Positions 17,406-26,851 of a stretch of DNA of 52,400 bases are shown in pieces. Every line of letters begins with the position of its first letter. Positions within the stretch are counted from its first letter, which is position 1. Position numbers and translations under genes: made by a program. The stretch is from a virus (lineage: Duplodnaviria > Caudoviricetes): IMG/VR virus record IMGVR_UViG_3300042321_002898, positions 1 to 52,400 of that record. One strand, 5' to 3'. The notes under the pieces are model-generated. The model saw only the letters and a list, made by a program, of their open reading frames with translations, had not been told where the DNA came from and did not search any database.

Positions 17406-17657
17406 TCACCATTTTCCCTTCGGGCAGGATTCAGAAGCTAGCATGGTCTTGGCAAGGATAAAACACTCGCAGACCGAGCATTGCATGTCCGATCGATACT
17501 CGCACTCATCGCAGACAGACAGCCTTTTTTTCTTCGTAGAACTATCGACAAGCAGGACCTCCCTGCGAGCGACACGCTCGGCGGCTCTCCCGACGGCACC
17601 GGCAAAGTTCTTGATTCCCTTGGTCGTGATTTCCATGCGGCACCTCTCGCAACTCAT
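17406..17657 (-). CDS. Small Cys-rich (zinc-binding) protein, DUF6171-like
   Basis: RLSVCDECE...CSVCECFILAKT...SCPKGKW; ATGA overlap. Confidence 0.6.
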   Translation of the reverse strand: MSCERCRMEITTKGIKNFAGAVGRAAERVARREVLLVDSSTKKKRLSVCDECEYRSDMQCSVCECFILAKTMLASESCPKGKW

Positions 17658-18253
17658 CGCCTCGCCCAGCAGTATCCAGGAAGATCTGGACTCGTGCCGA
17701 TCTTGTCCATGCGCAGCCACACGGCAGACCTGTTCTCGTGATGCAGGATCTGGCAGGCGCGAAGTTCTCGCTCATGGTGGACTGTCTGACCCGCTCGCAG
17801 GATCGCCGACATGCGGTTCACGGCCTCGACGCAGGATCCGCAGTTGCTGTTCCACCTGACGTTGAACCTGCAGCCCGCACAGACATCGGCGCGTCTCTGC
17901 GCCTCCTGCTTCAGCTCGAGATTCTCGGTCGAGTGATCCTGGATCTGCCTGTCCATCGTCTGGATCATCTCGTCTGTGAGAGTGCGGATCGGCGACACGG
18001 AGTGCGCGACCTCGATCCGGGCCACTCCCTCGAACTGGTGGCACATGCGCGGGAAATTCTTGCAAATGTATTCATCGACCTCAGCCCTGACGTCGCCGAT
18101 CGGGATGACGTTGTCGGCCCTGAACTTGATCACGGCATCGATGAGGGCTCGATAGGTCGGGGCACGGATGGGCTCAGGCATGTCGCGGCCGAGACGATCC
18201 TTCTCGGGCTTGTGCCATCCTCCGGGCATCACCATGGATTCGATCACATTCAT
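17654..18253 (-). CDS. Cys-rich hypothetical protein
   Basis: 199 aa with CAGC, CGSC and other Cys; located between terL and portal. Confidence 0.6.
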   Translation of the reverse strand: MNVIESMVMPGGWHKPEKDRLGRDMPEPIRAPTYRALIDAVIKFRADNVIPIGDVRAEVDEYICKNFPRMCHQFEGVARIEVAHSVSPIRTLTDEMIQTMDRQIQDHSTENLELKQEAQRRADVCAGCRFNVRWNSNCGSCVEAVNRMSAILRAGQTVHHERELRACQILHHENRSAVWLRMDKIGTSPDLPGYCWARR

Positions 18254-18254
18254 G

Positions 18255-20195
18255 TCAGTCAGTCATGTCGATGAAGTCGAGCTGGTCGACGATTCCGTGC
18301 TCGACGCGCTCTGGTCTCGGTGCCGGCACACGCGCCTCCTCGACCATGCGGCCAGAGATGCCGCCGTTCATGCGGATCGCATGGACTGCGACAAGCAGGC
18401 TGTCGAAGCGGTCAGGCGAGACGTCGTTGTGGCGCTTCTTGAATTCCTTCTTGGGCTCGAGTCTGAGGACACCACGGCCGACCTGCATGTAGCGACGAGT
18501 GACCGTCTCGCGGCCGAGCTGGTTCCAGTTGATTCCCGGGTTGAGCTTGAGAAGGTCTGTCTCGATGAACTTGCGGACACTGAACGCCATCTCGGTCACG
18601 ACGTCATTGTAGCGCTCGGCGCAGGTCTCTGAGTCGTCATCGAGGATGCGAGTGTCTGAGGCAGCCCAGCTGAACATGACCCCAAAGACATCTGGTCCAA
18701 ACATCGACTTGAGAGCATCGTGGACTCCGGTGCCGTTGCCGGTTCGATCGACCGCGAGCCACCTGGGCTTCACTCCCATGTCGTTGCTCAGGCGGATGAT
18801 CGCCCTGGTCTGCTCGATCGTGTCTCTCTTGTCGAGACTGATCTGCTGCTCGACCTGGATGACACGCCGCTCGGACTTGAAGCGCTGGAACGAACCCTGC
18901 ATGTCTGTCCATCCGATCGCCTGGCCGAATCTTGCGGCCGTGAAGAAGGCAAGGTCATTGCCCTCGAAGGCGAGGTCGATCCCGGCTGCCATGACTGTCG
19001 GGCCTGAGAAGGTATAGAGACCCTTGGCCCTCTCGAACATCGACTCGTTGACGATGACGACCGAGGCAGACGACTCGGGGAACCATCCCCTTGCCATCGT
19101 GAAATACTCTGGGTTGTCAGACCCGAGCTTGAGGAGTCGCTCGAATCCCTCCCAGGTCTGCAGGCCAGGATAGACGACCTTTTTCTCGGTGACGTTCTCG
19201 CACTTGGCGCCGTCGAGTCGGATGACGTTGTATCCCCTGCCAGACTCCCAGGTCTCGTCGACATCGATGTCGATCGACGCCCACCCTCTCTTGGGCTCTG
19301 CCAGGACTCCAAACTTGCTGTTGCGGTCCTTGGGGTTCGTGGCCGCAAACACCCTGACGTGGCTGTTGTCGGCTTCTTCTGTCAGCAGCACGTTGTTGAC
19401 GTCCTCCCACACGCCCTCTGGAATCTCTTCGGCCTCGTCAAGGATCAGGGCGATGCGACTGAGCTTGCCAAACCGCGGATGCGGAACTGGGCGGGGAACC
19501 GGGTGAAAGCCACGAAGTCGTCCCTTGCCGTCGTCTCCCATCGGGATCGAGGTGAGGTGGATTCCCTGCTTGTCGTCGTTGTTGACCCTGACTGACTCGG
19601 CCTTGATCGAGAGATTCGGGACAGGCACGAGGACATTGGCGAGCAGGTTCTTGATGTGCGCGAAAACGTTGGTGACCGCATGCTGCCGAGTGACAGACAT
19701 GACCTTGATGCAGGTCCACTCGGGATCGCGAAGAAAATCGAGGCCAAAGAACACGGCACCGGAATACGACTTGGAGAGCGATCCTCCTCCCATGATCAGG
19801 TTCTTGGCATGGTCTCTGAGTCCGTTCCACACCAGCTTCGTGCAGTGCGGCTCTGGCGTGAAGAGCTCTGGCCCCCAGCAGACGATGGCCGCCGCCTGAT
19901 ACTGGTCGAGATCAAGAAGTTTCTGGATGTATCTCCAGATGAGATACTCGCACTCGTGGCTGGCGAGGCGGATCTGTTCCTTCGGCGGGTTCTTCACGCA
20001 GTAGCGAAGCAGATACTCGGTCGGTCCAAACAGGTCTCCGGTCTTCTGGTGAGCCTCTCTCATCGCATAGGCATGCTCGAGATACTGCCGTCCGTCGAGT
20101 GCCTGCTCGATCGATGCCGACTCCTCTGGCGTCACCTCGGGGCGCTTCTTCTTTCGCACCCCGGTCTTGGCGTAGCGGGTGCGGACGACGCTCAT
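18255..20195 (-). CDS. terL: Terminase large subunit
   Basis: Walker A-like GGGSLSKS, Walker B LILDEAEE, ATNP coupling motif, nuclease AGIDLA and SPDRFDS. Confidence 0.85.
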   Translation of the reverse strand: MSVVRTRYAKTGVRKKKRPEVTPEESASIEQALDGRQYLEHAYAMREAHQKTGDLFGPTEYLLRYCVKNPPKEQIRLASHECEYLIWRYIQKLLDLDQYQAAAIVCWGPELFTPEPHCTKLVWNGLRDHAKNLIMGGGSLSKSYSGAVFFGLDFLRDPEWTCIKVMSVTRQHAVTNVFAHIKNLLANVLVPVPNLSIKAESVRVNNDDKQGIHLTSIPMGDDGKGRLRGFHPVPRPVPHPRFGKLSRIALILDEAEEIPEGVWEDVNNVLLTEEADNSHVRVFAATNPKDRNSKFGVLAEPKRGWASIDIDVDETWESGRGYNVIRLDGAKCENVTEKKVVYPGLQTWEGFERLLKLGSDNPEYFTMARGWFPESSASVVIVNESMFERAKGLYTFSGPTVMAAGIDLAFEGNDLAFFTAARFGQAIGWTDMQGSFQRFKSERRVIQVEQQISLDKRDTIEQTRAIIRLSNDMGVKPRWLAVDRTGNGTGVHDALKSMFGPDVFGVMFSWAASDTRILDDDSETCAERYNDVVTEMAFSVRKFIETDLLKLNPGINWNQLGRETVTRRYMQVGRGVLRLEPKKEFKKRHNDVSPDRFDSLLVAVHAIRMNGGISGRMVEEARVPAPRPERVEHGIVDQLDFIDMTD

Positions 20196-20689
20196 GCGAA
20201 GCTCTCTGCGAGATTGAGCACTTTCTCAGACACGTCGAGTCTGACCGAGTCCTTGAATTCTCCCATGATGCGGGCATCGAGCTCGAGCGCCTTGAGCTTG
20301 GAGGGAATCTTCACCGACGTCGTGCCGTCAGTGGAGGTTCGCACCTCCTCGGCCAGCTCGGACTCCTCGTCGATGTCTCCGATCGGAGTTCGAACGAGCC
20401 TGGCAAGAAATTCGCGCTTCTCATCGAGACTCAGGAAGCGCTTCTGCTGGGCACGCTCGGCCACGCGGGCCTTGAGTTCCTCGACGTAGGTCTTGGCATG
20501 TTCCTTCTGGAGAATGATTCCACCGGCCCGGCAGGCAGAACCCGCCGTGATCTTGCCGTTGTATTTAGCCGCGATGACGTCATCGAAGGCGAGGAGATAG
20601 GCCCGATACATCGGGAGCCCGTCGAGCACGTGGAGCTCAATGAACTCTCGCTGCTGAGGGGTGAGTCGTCTTGCTGCTCTGCTCGCCAT
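20192..20689 (-). CDS. terS: Terminase small subunit
   Basis: LTPQQREF..AY HTH-like start and KLKALEL; overlaps the terL start. Confidence 0.75.
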   Translation of the reverse strand: MASRAARRLTPQQREFIELHVLDGLPMYRAYLLAFDDVIAAKYNGKITAGSACRAGGIILQKEHAKTYVEELKARVAERAQQKRFLSLDEKREFLARLVRTPIGDIDEESELAEEVRTSTDGTTSVKIPSKLKALELDARIMGEFKDSVRLDVSEKVLNLAESFA

Positions 20690-20707
20690 GGTCAGAAGAT
20701 GGCCGTG

Positions 20708-21190
20708 TCACTCCTTCGAAGTAAACGCATCTCTGCTGAGAAGAATCCCGGCCCTCGCGATGAGCGGGGCGTCGCAGGTCTGCAGGGTCAGTCGGGTCCT
20801 GGGCCAGATCTTCTTCGCGGCATCCAGAAGTTGCCGCTTCCTCGCAGAACGCTCACGCTCCCTTCGTGACTGCTCGATGGTCAGATTCATCCACTTCAGA
20901 AGCGAGAGCTCGACCAGCTCAGACCCGCCGTGCATGAGAGCCGCCCCGCACACCAGCTTGTAGTTGCCGTAAAGAACCGCCATGAATGCCGCGGATCGGT
21001 TCTCGCCCGCAAACTTCGGGATCTGCTCGATGAAGAGATGGGATGCCTTGTTCATTTTTTCTCGAACAAGCTCTACCACCTCCCGGTCTGTCTCGGGCAT
21101 CTGGTGCAGACTCACGATTGCCATCGACTCTGGATCGAGGACTGCGATTGCCCCGTGCCTGCCCGGATCTACCCCGATCACGTGTTTCAT
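20708..21190 (-). CDS. RuvC-like Holliday junction resolvase
   Basis: VIGVDPGRHGAIA, FIEQ and DAPLIA RNase H-fold acidic motifs. Confidence 0.75.
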   Translation of the reverse strand: MKHVIGVDPGRHGAIAVLDPESMAIVSLHQMPETDREVVELVREKMNKASHLFIEQIPKFAGENRSAAFMAVLYGNYKLVCGAALMHGGSELVELSLLKWMNLTIEQSRRERERSARKRQLLDAAKKIWPRTRLTLQTCDAPLIARAGILLSRDAFTSKE

Positions 21191-21239
21191 GGCTCGGATG
21201 CTACATCGGGACCGTTTTTGAGCAAATATCAGACTTCGG

Positions 21240-21560
21240 CGCAGTAGATATTCAGATAAGTAGTTAGAATACAGACTACAGACTAAGAGTAAGAATATAT
21301 TCGAGGAATAAAGTAGAAGATACCATAGTATAAGTAGTTAATAAAGAATAGGTTATATAGAGTTCTCCCTTAATTCGAATGCTTTTCCCATTTTTTAGAT
21401 TTCAACCACTTTTTTTGCATGCCTGAAAAATTGCCCCGCTATAGCTTTTCCCATTTTGTTCGAATTAGGGGAGAACTTGTCTCAAGTTGTTGATCTGCAA
21501 CATCCTTATGCCGTGCTCGACCACTTTCATGACAAAAACAGTTCACGCACCCGCCGTTTC
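21240..21560. promoter_or_regulatory. AT-rich divergent control region with inverted and direct repeats (possible origin or promoter hub)
   Basis: Sharp AT enrichment where the coding strand switches; 19-bp inverted repeat 21361-21379 / 21459-21477; 14-bp direct repeat 21381-21394 / 21444-21457. Confidence 0.6.
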
Positions 21561-21583
21561 GTGCCATGATGGCCTCCCGCACC

Positions 21584-22345
21584 ATGAAACCGCCATCCGA
21601 CCACATCACCGTCCACTTCCCCATGACCTCCTCTGTCCGCCGGCACACCGCCGCCGTCTGGCGCCGCGCCCGACCTTCTCGCTGCATGGCCTTCATGGTC
21701 CTCGTCTTTCTGTCGTATTCCGACTCGCCCGAGCGCCGCTTTGCCGCCAGGTGGCTCATTGAGTTCGGCGCCGCGTCCCGGCTCAACTTCATGGCCACGA
21801 TGGCCGCCATGTTCGGATCAAACTGGCTCCAGTCCCAGAACCACCGAGTCCTCGCCATCCGCAGTCTGAGCGCATCCGACTGCCTCGACGTTGATCCGAG
21901 AGAGGCCGGCATGTGGATGCCCTTCATGCTGTGCATGGTCGGACAGGTGAGAGTAGAGGCGCTGGTCGAGCTCATCCGCGACAACCCAGAACTGTGGGAA
22001 TTTGACCTCCCAAGGGTGAGAGCGATTCCCGGCTCCGATCGCCTCCTCGCCGACATCCAGGCCATCCTCGAGAGCCGCCACGACGAGGTCTCCTGGATCA
22101 GATCTCTGCCGTCTCGCCATGCGAGTCCAGTCCGCGGCGTGACCGACCGCTCTGTCCGCTCGATGCGTCCGGGCGACGCGTTCATCCTTGATCCGGCGTC
22201 GCGAGGCATGTCACTCGCCCTGCTCGTCAAGAAGGTCAACGCGATCGCCCTGCGCTGCTCGGATGACCGCCGTCTCTTCACCGTCGAGACCGTCGAGTTT
22301 CCCGAACCTGACAAGTTCTGCGTGGCAATTCATCGCAGAAGTTAG
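21584..22345 (+). CDS. Hypothetical protein
   Basis: First plus-strand ORF; preceded by a TTCACG-17-CATGAT promoter-like sequence; start could also be 21566. Confidence 0.6.
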   Translation: MKPPSDHITVHFPMTSSVRRHTAAVWRRARPSRCMAFMVLVFLSYSDSPERRFAARWLIEFGAASRLNFMATMAAMFGSNWLQSQNHRVLAIRSLSASDCLDVDPREAGMWMPFMLCMVGQVRVEALVELIRDNPELWEFDLPRVRAIPGSDRLLADIQAILESRHDEVSWIRSLPSRHASPVRGVTDRSVRSMRPGDAFILDPASRGMSLALLVKKVNAIALRCSDDRRLFTVETVEFPEPDKFCVAIHRRS

Positions 22346-22356
22346 CAGTCTTCTTG

Positions 22357-22395
22357 TTTACATCGTGGCAGCCACAGATTAAATGGCAGCCTGTC
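22357..22395 (+). promoter_or_regulatory. Repeated phage promoter (weaker copy)
   Basis: TTTACA, spacer with TGGCAGCCA, imperfect -10, then GTC-ATG at 22396. Confidence 0.5.
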
Positions 22396-22686
22396 ATGAA
22401 AAAGACACAACCACAGAAGGGCCCAGTGACGGCCGACCAGATTCCCGACGCTCCCCCAGTCGATCGCGGAGTCATGAAGTCTCCCTACAATCACCGGACA
22501 CGCAGTCTCGTTCGGACATTCATCGACACCTTCGAGGACGAGGCGGCAAAGCGCCGTCTCCGTTCTCAGATGCGTGACCTCACCACATTCACCCAGATCC
22601 GCGACTACATGCTGCTTCTCGTCTCTGCCGAGACCATCGACAGCCTCATCGTCAGGTGGTTCGACGACGGAATGAAGGAAGACTGA
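22396..22686 (+). CDS. Hypothetical protein (96 aa)
   Basis: Starts MKKTQPQKG directly after the promoter motif. Confidence 0.6.
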   Translation: MKKTQPQKGPVTADQIPDAPPVDRGVMKSPYNHRTRSLVRTFIDTFEDEAAKRRLRSQMRDLTTFTQIRDYMLLLVSAETIDSLIVRWFDDGMKED

Positions 22687-22687
22687 C

Positions 22688-22795
22688 ATGCACGTTCTCG
22701 CGATGATTGGTCTCGTCATTTCCTGGACAGGACTCCTGTTCTTTGGCGGCTGGCTTGCATTCACTGAAAGGAACAACCATGACCGCCATGACTGA
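22688..22795 (+). CDS. Small membrane peptide (35 aa)
   Basis: MHVLAMIGLVISWTGLLFFGGWLAFTERNNHDRHD; begins 1 nt after the previous stop. Confidence 0.45.
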   Translation: MHVLAMIGLVISWTGLLFFGGWLAFTERNNHDRHD

Positions 22796-23027
22796 CAGGG
22801 AAAGAAAACAGGAGATCGAGCGACTTCGCGAGGTCCTGCGGAAGGGAAAATTTACCGTCGTCGAGATGGCATCAATTCGAGGCCGCATCGGAGGATTGGT
22901 CGGCGCAGGACATCCCGGACGCCGACTCGGAGGAATACGCGGGGCCGAGGCTCGCTGGGGAAAGACTCGCAAGAGCTCGGACCGGCGAAAGGACCCCGCG
23001 TCACCGAGAGACAAGAGGAAGAAGTGA
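22779..23027 (+). CDS. Small basic Gly/Arg-rich protein
   Basis: AAAGGA RBS; MTAMTDRERK...GGIRGAEARWGK. Confidence 0.55.
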   Translation: MTAMTDRERKQEIERLREVLRKGKFTVVEMASIRGRIGGLVGAGHPGRRLGGIRGAEARWGKTRKSSDRRKDPASPRDKRKK

Positions 23028-23039
23028 GGCCGACCCGTG

Positions 23040-23102
23040 CCGGGCGAGGGAGCTCCGATCGTCGTGGGTTTCGATCCCTCCCTCCCCGGCCAAAACTTTT
23101 TT
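23040..23102 (+). terminator. Stem-loop followed by T-tract
   Basis: GCCGGGCGAGGGAG ... CTCCCTCCCCGGC, then AAACTTTTTT. Confidence 0.5.
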
Positions 23103-23113
23103 GAAAAAAAAGA

Positions 23114-23152
23114 TTCGCATATGGCTGGCAGCTTGGTAGTATTCTCTCTGTC
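23114..23152 (+). promoter_or_regulatory. Repeated phage promoter
   Basis: TTCGCA-17(tatggctggcagcttgg)-TAGTAT-10 nt-ATG; A/T tract upstream. Confidence 0.7.
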
Positions 23153-23656
23153 ATGAGTCAAAAACCCGCAATAGCCACAGGCTCTCCGTGTGCAGTCAAG
23201 ATCAACGGAGAATTCACGCCAGCGACCTACGTCGACTGGTCAGAGAAATACAATCTGCCGATCGTCATGATCGGCGGACGCCGCATGTATCGTCGCATCT
23301 TCGATGTCGATGCCACCGCCGTTCTCAGGGCAAGACCTGCCGACAGGTCCGTGCCGCCGATCGACAGGCTGCCTCCTCCGCCGGAGCCGTCCGAGTCAGA
23401 CCGCCCGAGTCTGCTCGCGATGAACCGCGTCCGAGTCGTGCCACTCAACACGCGACTCCGCGAGGGCGACATCATCGACCACTACGGGGCCCGCGCCACT
23501 GTCGTCCGCGTCAGCGACTGCTCGGCAGACGTCGAGCTGCCTCGTCAGGCGCGCGAGATCACGACCAGAGACGGCGACAGCCGGACGGTGATCGGCAGCC
23601 CGCGCGTCATCCGCATCAGCCCCAACTCCGAACTTCCGATCCTCGGACGCCGATGA
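23153..23656 (+). CDS. Hypothetical protein
   Basis: 167-aa ORF after the promoter. Confidence 0.65.
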   Translation: MSQKPAIATGSPCAVKINGEFTPATYVDWSEKYNLPIVMIGGRRMYRRIFDVDATAVLRARPADRSVPPIDRLPPPPEPSESDRPSLLAMNRVRVVPLNTRLREGDIIDHYGARATVVRVSDCSADVELPRQAREITTRDGDSRTVIGSPRVIRISPNSELPILGRR

Positions 23657-23898
23657 AGATCACCGACACCACGCCCTGCCTCGAGGTCTATCTCGACGAG
23701 GAGACCGGCCATGCGGCTCGCCTGATCGTCGACCGCGAGGGAGAACTGTTCGGCGAGCCAGGGAGATACTGGATCGCCTACCGGCTCGGCCACGGCAACG
23801 GCCAGGACATCACCGAGTTCTCGGCGCACAGGACTCGCAAGAGTGTTAAGGCGTTTCTTCGCGGCATCCGCCAGGCCAGAATGAGGAAGGCAGCATGA
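23653..23898 (+). CDS. Hypothetical protein (81 aa)
   Basis: MKITDTTPCLEVYL...; ATGA overlaps on both sides. Confidence 0.65.
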   Translation: MKITDTTPCLEVYLDEETGHAARLIVDREGELFGEPGRYWIAYRLGHGNGQDITEFSAHRTRKSVKAFLRGIRQARMRKAA

Positions 23899-24149
23899 GC
23901 GATTCCAAGCCACATCCCAAGTTCATCGGCACGTTTGCTCTCACGCCCACCGAGGCGTGGGAGCAGTATCGTGACACGCTGTTCGCGCACCACATCGAGG
24001 ACATGCCTGACCACATGGACTCGGCGCTTCATCTGGCCTTCATGGTCGGATTGTCGCATGGCGCGATGCTGCAGGGCGAGCTCGCCCGCGGCTGCGTTGA
24101 GTTTGTCAATGACCGCATCCACGAGATGCTTGATCCCACGAAACAATGA
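23895..24149 (+). CDS. Hypothetical protein (84 aa)
   Basis: ATGA overlaps on both sides. Confidence 0.65.
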   Translation: MSDSKPHPKFIGTFALTPTEAWEQYRDTLFAHHIEDMPDHMDSALHLAFMVGLSHGAMLQGELARGCVEFVNDRIHEMLDPTKQ

Positions 24150-24304
24150 GCACATCCGAAGACACCCAGAGACCGCCAGACGAGATCCCATGCCGTGGCA
24201 GCCGCCCGCGACGCACGCCAGAGGAGGACGCCGAGTGGGAGGCAGAAAAGCGCCTCGAGCACGACGCCGACCGCTGCTGCGGCCACGACTGGAGCAACAC
24301 CTGA
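24146..24304 (+). CDS. Hypothetical protein (52 aa)
   Basis: MSTSEDTQRPPDEIPC...CCGHDWSNT; fills the gap before the helicase. Confidence 0.5.
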   Translation: MSTSEDTQRPPDEIPCRGSRPRRTPEEDAEWEAEKRLEHDADRCCGHDWSNT

Positions 24305-24306
24305 CC

Positions 24307-25668
24307 ATGGCCGAGTTCCGCCCATACCAGCAGGAGGCTGCCCGCCGACTCTCGGAGATTCTCTCTGAGAGGGGTTTTGCCCTTGATGCCTCTGACACCG
24401 GCATCGGCAAGACCTTCACGGCCATTGCCACGGCACTCGAGTTCGAAGACCAGGACGGGCACATTCCGCGGATCGCCGTGATCTGCCGCGCCCGCGCCAT
24501 CACAAAGTGGAAGGTCGCCCTCGGGCAATTCGGCATCGTGCCAGAGTTTGTCATGAGCTGGGAAAAGGCCCGCGGCGGCCGCAACGAGGACTTCATCCCG
24601 ATCCGCAACCGACTCGGCCGCGTCCGCGCCTTCAATTTTGTCATGCCCCATCCGATGATCCTCATCATCGACGAGATCCACGCCGGCGGAGGTCTCAAGA
24701 GCCAGAACGCCGAGCTCGTCATCGCGGCGCAGCGAAATCCGAATGTCCTCGTGCTCGGCCTCTCTGCGACTCCGGCAGACTCGCCCCTCAAGATGCGAGC
24801 CCTCGGCTTCTGCACCGGCATGCATCGTCTCGACAACGACTTCTGGAACTGGTGCCGCAGGAACGGCTGCGTGCGCAGTCCGTTCGGTGGTCTCTACTTT
24901 CGCAAGGGAGACCGTGACCGAGTGCTCGGCGACATCCACCGAACCCTCTTTGACGGCCCCGACTGCTGGGGACTCCGTCTCCGCAAGAAAGATCTCTTTG
25001 AGGCCGGACAGTTCCCCGAGGCCCAGACCACGGTCGAGCTGTGGGATCTTCCAGATTCCCCACCGTCCTGGCTCGGACCCTGGCTCAGTCTGGTCGACGA
25101 CGACGAGCAGGCCGACGTGGAGCGACACGAGGGAAATCCCAGTCCCGGCATTCTCGCGATCCGAGATCGGCAGCGCGCCGAGCTCTTCAAGGTCCCGGCC
25201 CTGATCGAGGAGATTGAGGACCGGTTCGAGGAGGGTGAGTCCGTCATCGTGTTTGTCCAGTTCACCAGGACGATCCAGGTCATCTCCGAGCGTCTCGGCA
25301 CGATTGACCACAGGGTGCTCGACGGCAAGAGGTCTCGGCGCGACCAGGAGGCGGCCGTGCATGATTTCCAGTCTGGCCTAGTCAGGGTCCTGGTCTGCCA
25401 GGTCGACGCGGGATCCGAGTCGATCGACCTGCACGACACGCACGGGTCGAGACCTCGCCACGTGATCGTGTTTCCGACCTACAAGGCCGTGACCCTCATC
25501 CAGGTCCTTGGTCGGGCGGTTCGGTCTGGCGCAAAGAGTCCCGTCGTTCAGCGCATCGTCTACTCGTCGACCGGCATCGAGTCGAAGATAGCCAGGGCCG
25601 TGGAGCGCCGACTCGAGAATCTTTCCTTGCTGACAGACGGTGAACTCAACATGGAGGGAATGATATGA
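24307..25668 (+). CDS. Superfamily 2 (SNF2/DEXH-like) helicase
   Basis: FRPYQ (Q motif), DTGIGKT, IIDEIH, LSATP and QVLGRAVRSG; true start is MAEFRPYQ. Confidence 0.9.
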   Translation: MAEFRPYQQEAARRLSEILSERGFALDASDTGIGKTFTAIATALEFEDQDGHIPRIAVICRARAITKWKVALGQFGIVPEFVMSWEKARGGRNEDFIPIRNRLGRVRAFNFVMPHPMILIIDEIHAGGGLKSQNAELVIAAQRNPNVLVLGLSATPADSPLKMRALGFCTGMHRLDNDFWNWCRRNGCVRSPFGGLYFRKGDRDRVLGDIHRTLFDGPDCWGLRLRKKDLFEAGQFPEAQTTVELWDLPDSPPSWLGPWLSLVDDDEQADVERHEGNPSPGILAIRDRQRAELFKVPALIEEIEDRFEEGESVIVFVQFTRTIQVISERLGTIDHRVLDGKRSRRDQEAAVHDFQSGLVRVLVCQVDAGSESIDLHDTHGSRPRHVIVFPTYKAVTLIQVLGRAVRSGAKSPVVQRIVYSSTGIESKIARAVERRLENLSLLTDGELNMEGMI

Positions 25669-25865
25669 AACAAATGATCGATCGAATCGTCGGCTGGCTC
25701 GGCAGGGCCAGTGAGAGTCCGAGACTGCATGCCGCGGGATTCCGCTTCTGCCATGAGCAGTCTCGGTGGATGCTGGAAGACCGGGTCTTTCCGACTCGCC
25801 ACTCGGCCATGGAACACCTGCGTGACCTCACGGTCAGGCAGGCACTGCGGAGGATGGTGTCATGA
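25665..25865 (+). CDS. Hypothetical protein
   Basis: GGAGG RBS and ATGA overlaps. Confidence 0.55.
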   Translation: MKQMIDRIVGWLGRASESPRLHAAGFRFCHEQSRWMLEDRVFPTRHSAMEHLRDLTVRQALRRMVS

Positions 25866-26053
25866 TGCGGGGATTCAGTCTCAACGCCGTGCTCGCGGCC
25901 CTCTGCCTGTTCTGGGCGGCCGCCGTGTCAATCGCGATCCTGCATCTCGGATCTCGCCACCGTCCAGAACCCGATCTCAGTCTCTGTCCGCTGTGCAGCA
26001 GGCCTGTGCCTCCGTCGCAGACAGAGTGGCAGCTTCATCCAGAGACTCCATGA
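25862..26053 (+). CDS. Small membrane protein with CxxC
   Basis: N-terminal hydrophobic helix and CPLC. Confidence 0.55.
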   Translation: MMRGFSLNAVLAALCLFWAAAVSIAILHLGSRHRPEPDLSLCPLCSRPVPPSQTEWQLHPETP

Positions 26054-26595
26054 ACTGCCAGATCGGATCACTGCCTCGGCACCAGTATGTCTGGGTCGAC
26101 TCGAAGTTCACCCACGAGAATCCGTGCGGCTTCGTGCCCGCCGTGTGGTTTGGTCTCGTCTCGATCCCGGGTCGCATGTGGGGCTGCAACGTCATGTTCG
26201 AGTCTGGTGCCGTCTACCGGTCGGTGCCTCCCCATGCCCTGGCATTTTCTTCGACCCCGCATCTGGACTGGCGTCCTGATGACGCGCAGCTGTGGGACTG
26301 CTACGGATACGACTGGCACGCGACCGAGTATACCTATCTCCGCGGAATGCAGTGTGATGCTCTCATCAAGAACAGCGAGCATCTCGGCGCCTATCTCTTC
26401 ACGGCGGCGCCGATCGGAGACGGATTCTCCGATGCTCCTGAGCAGGCAAAGGAGTTCATGTTCATCCGACTCTACAACAACAGACTCACGATCCAGCCCA
26501 CGAACCGGGTGCTGTTTGAGGATCGCAGTTTCACCGATGCGTCAAACGGAGTTCCGCGACTTCGTCTGCAGACAGAGACCTATTCCTGTGAGTGA
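26050..26595 (+). CDS. Hypothetical phage protein (181 aa)
   Basis: MNCQIGSLPRHQYVWV...SGAVYRSVP...QLWDC...QPTNRV; ATGA overlap. Confidence 0.65.
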   Translation: MNCQIGSLPRHQYVWVDSKFTHENPCGFVPAVWFGLVSIPGRMWGCNVMFESGAVYRSVPPHALAFSSTPHLDWRPDDAQLWDCYGYDWHATEYTYLRGMQCDALIKNSEHLGAYLFTAAPIGDGFSDAPEQAKEFMFIRLYNNRLTIQPTNRVLFEDRSFTDASNGVPRLRLQTETYSCE

Positions 26596-26785
26596 CTTTC
26601 ATCCACGTCTTGCCGCGGCCCTTGAGTCGGCAGTCCGGCTGCACGACTTCATCAGGTCGAACACCGGAGAGAACTCCGACTGGCCACTGCGGATCAGTTC
26701 AGACACTCCGGGCGCGGTTGAGAGACTCGACACGCTGCTGCGCGAGTTCAGGGATCTTGCTGTTGCGGCTATCTCAGAGAGATAA
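26588..26785 (+). CDS. Hypothetical protein (65 aa, GTG start)
   Basis: SDFHPRLAAALESAVRL...; overlaps the previous stop. Confidence 0.5.
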   Translation: MSDFHPRLAAALESAVRLHDFIRSNTGENSDWPLRISSDTPGAVERLDTLLREFRDLAVAAISER

Positions 26786-26813
26786 AAAAGTTTTTCTGCG
26801 CAGAAAATATGCA

Positions 26814-26851
26814 TTTACTTGGCAGCCAGCCACGATAATCTTCACACCGTC
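26814..26851 (+). promoter_or_regulatory. Repeated phage promoter
   Basis: TTTACT-16(tggcagccagccacga)-TAATCT-10 nt-ATG. Confidence 0.7.
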
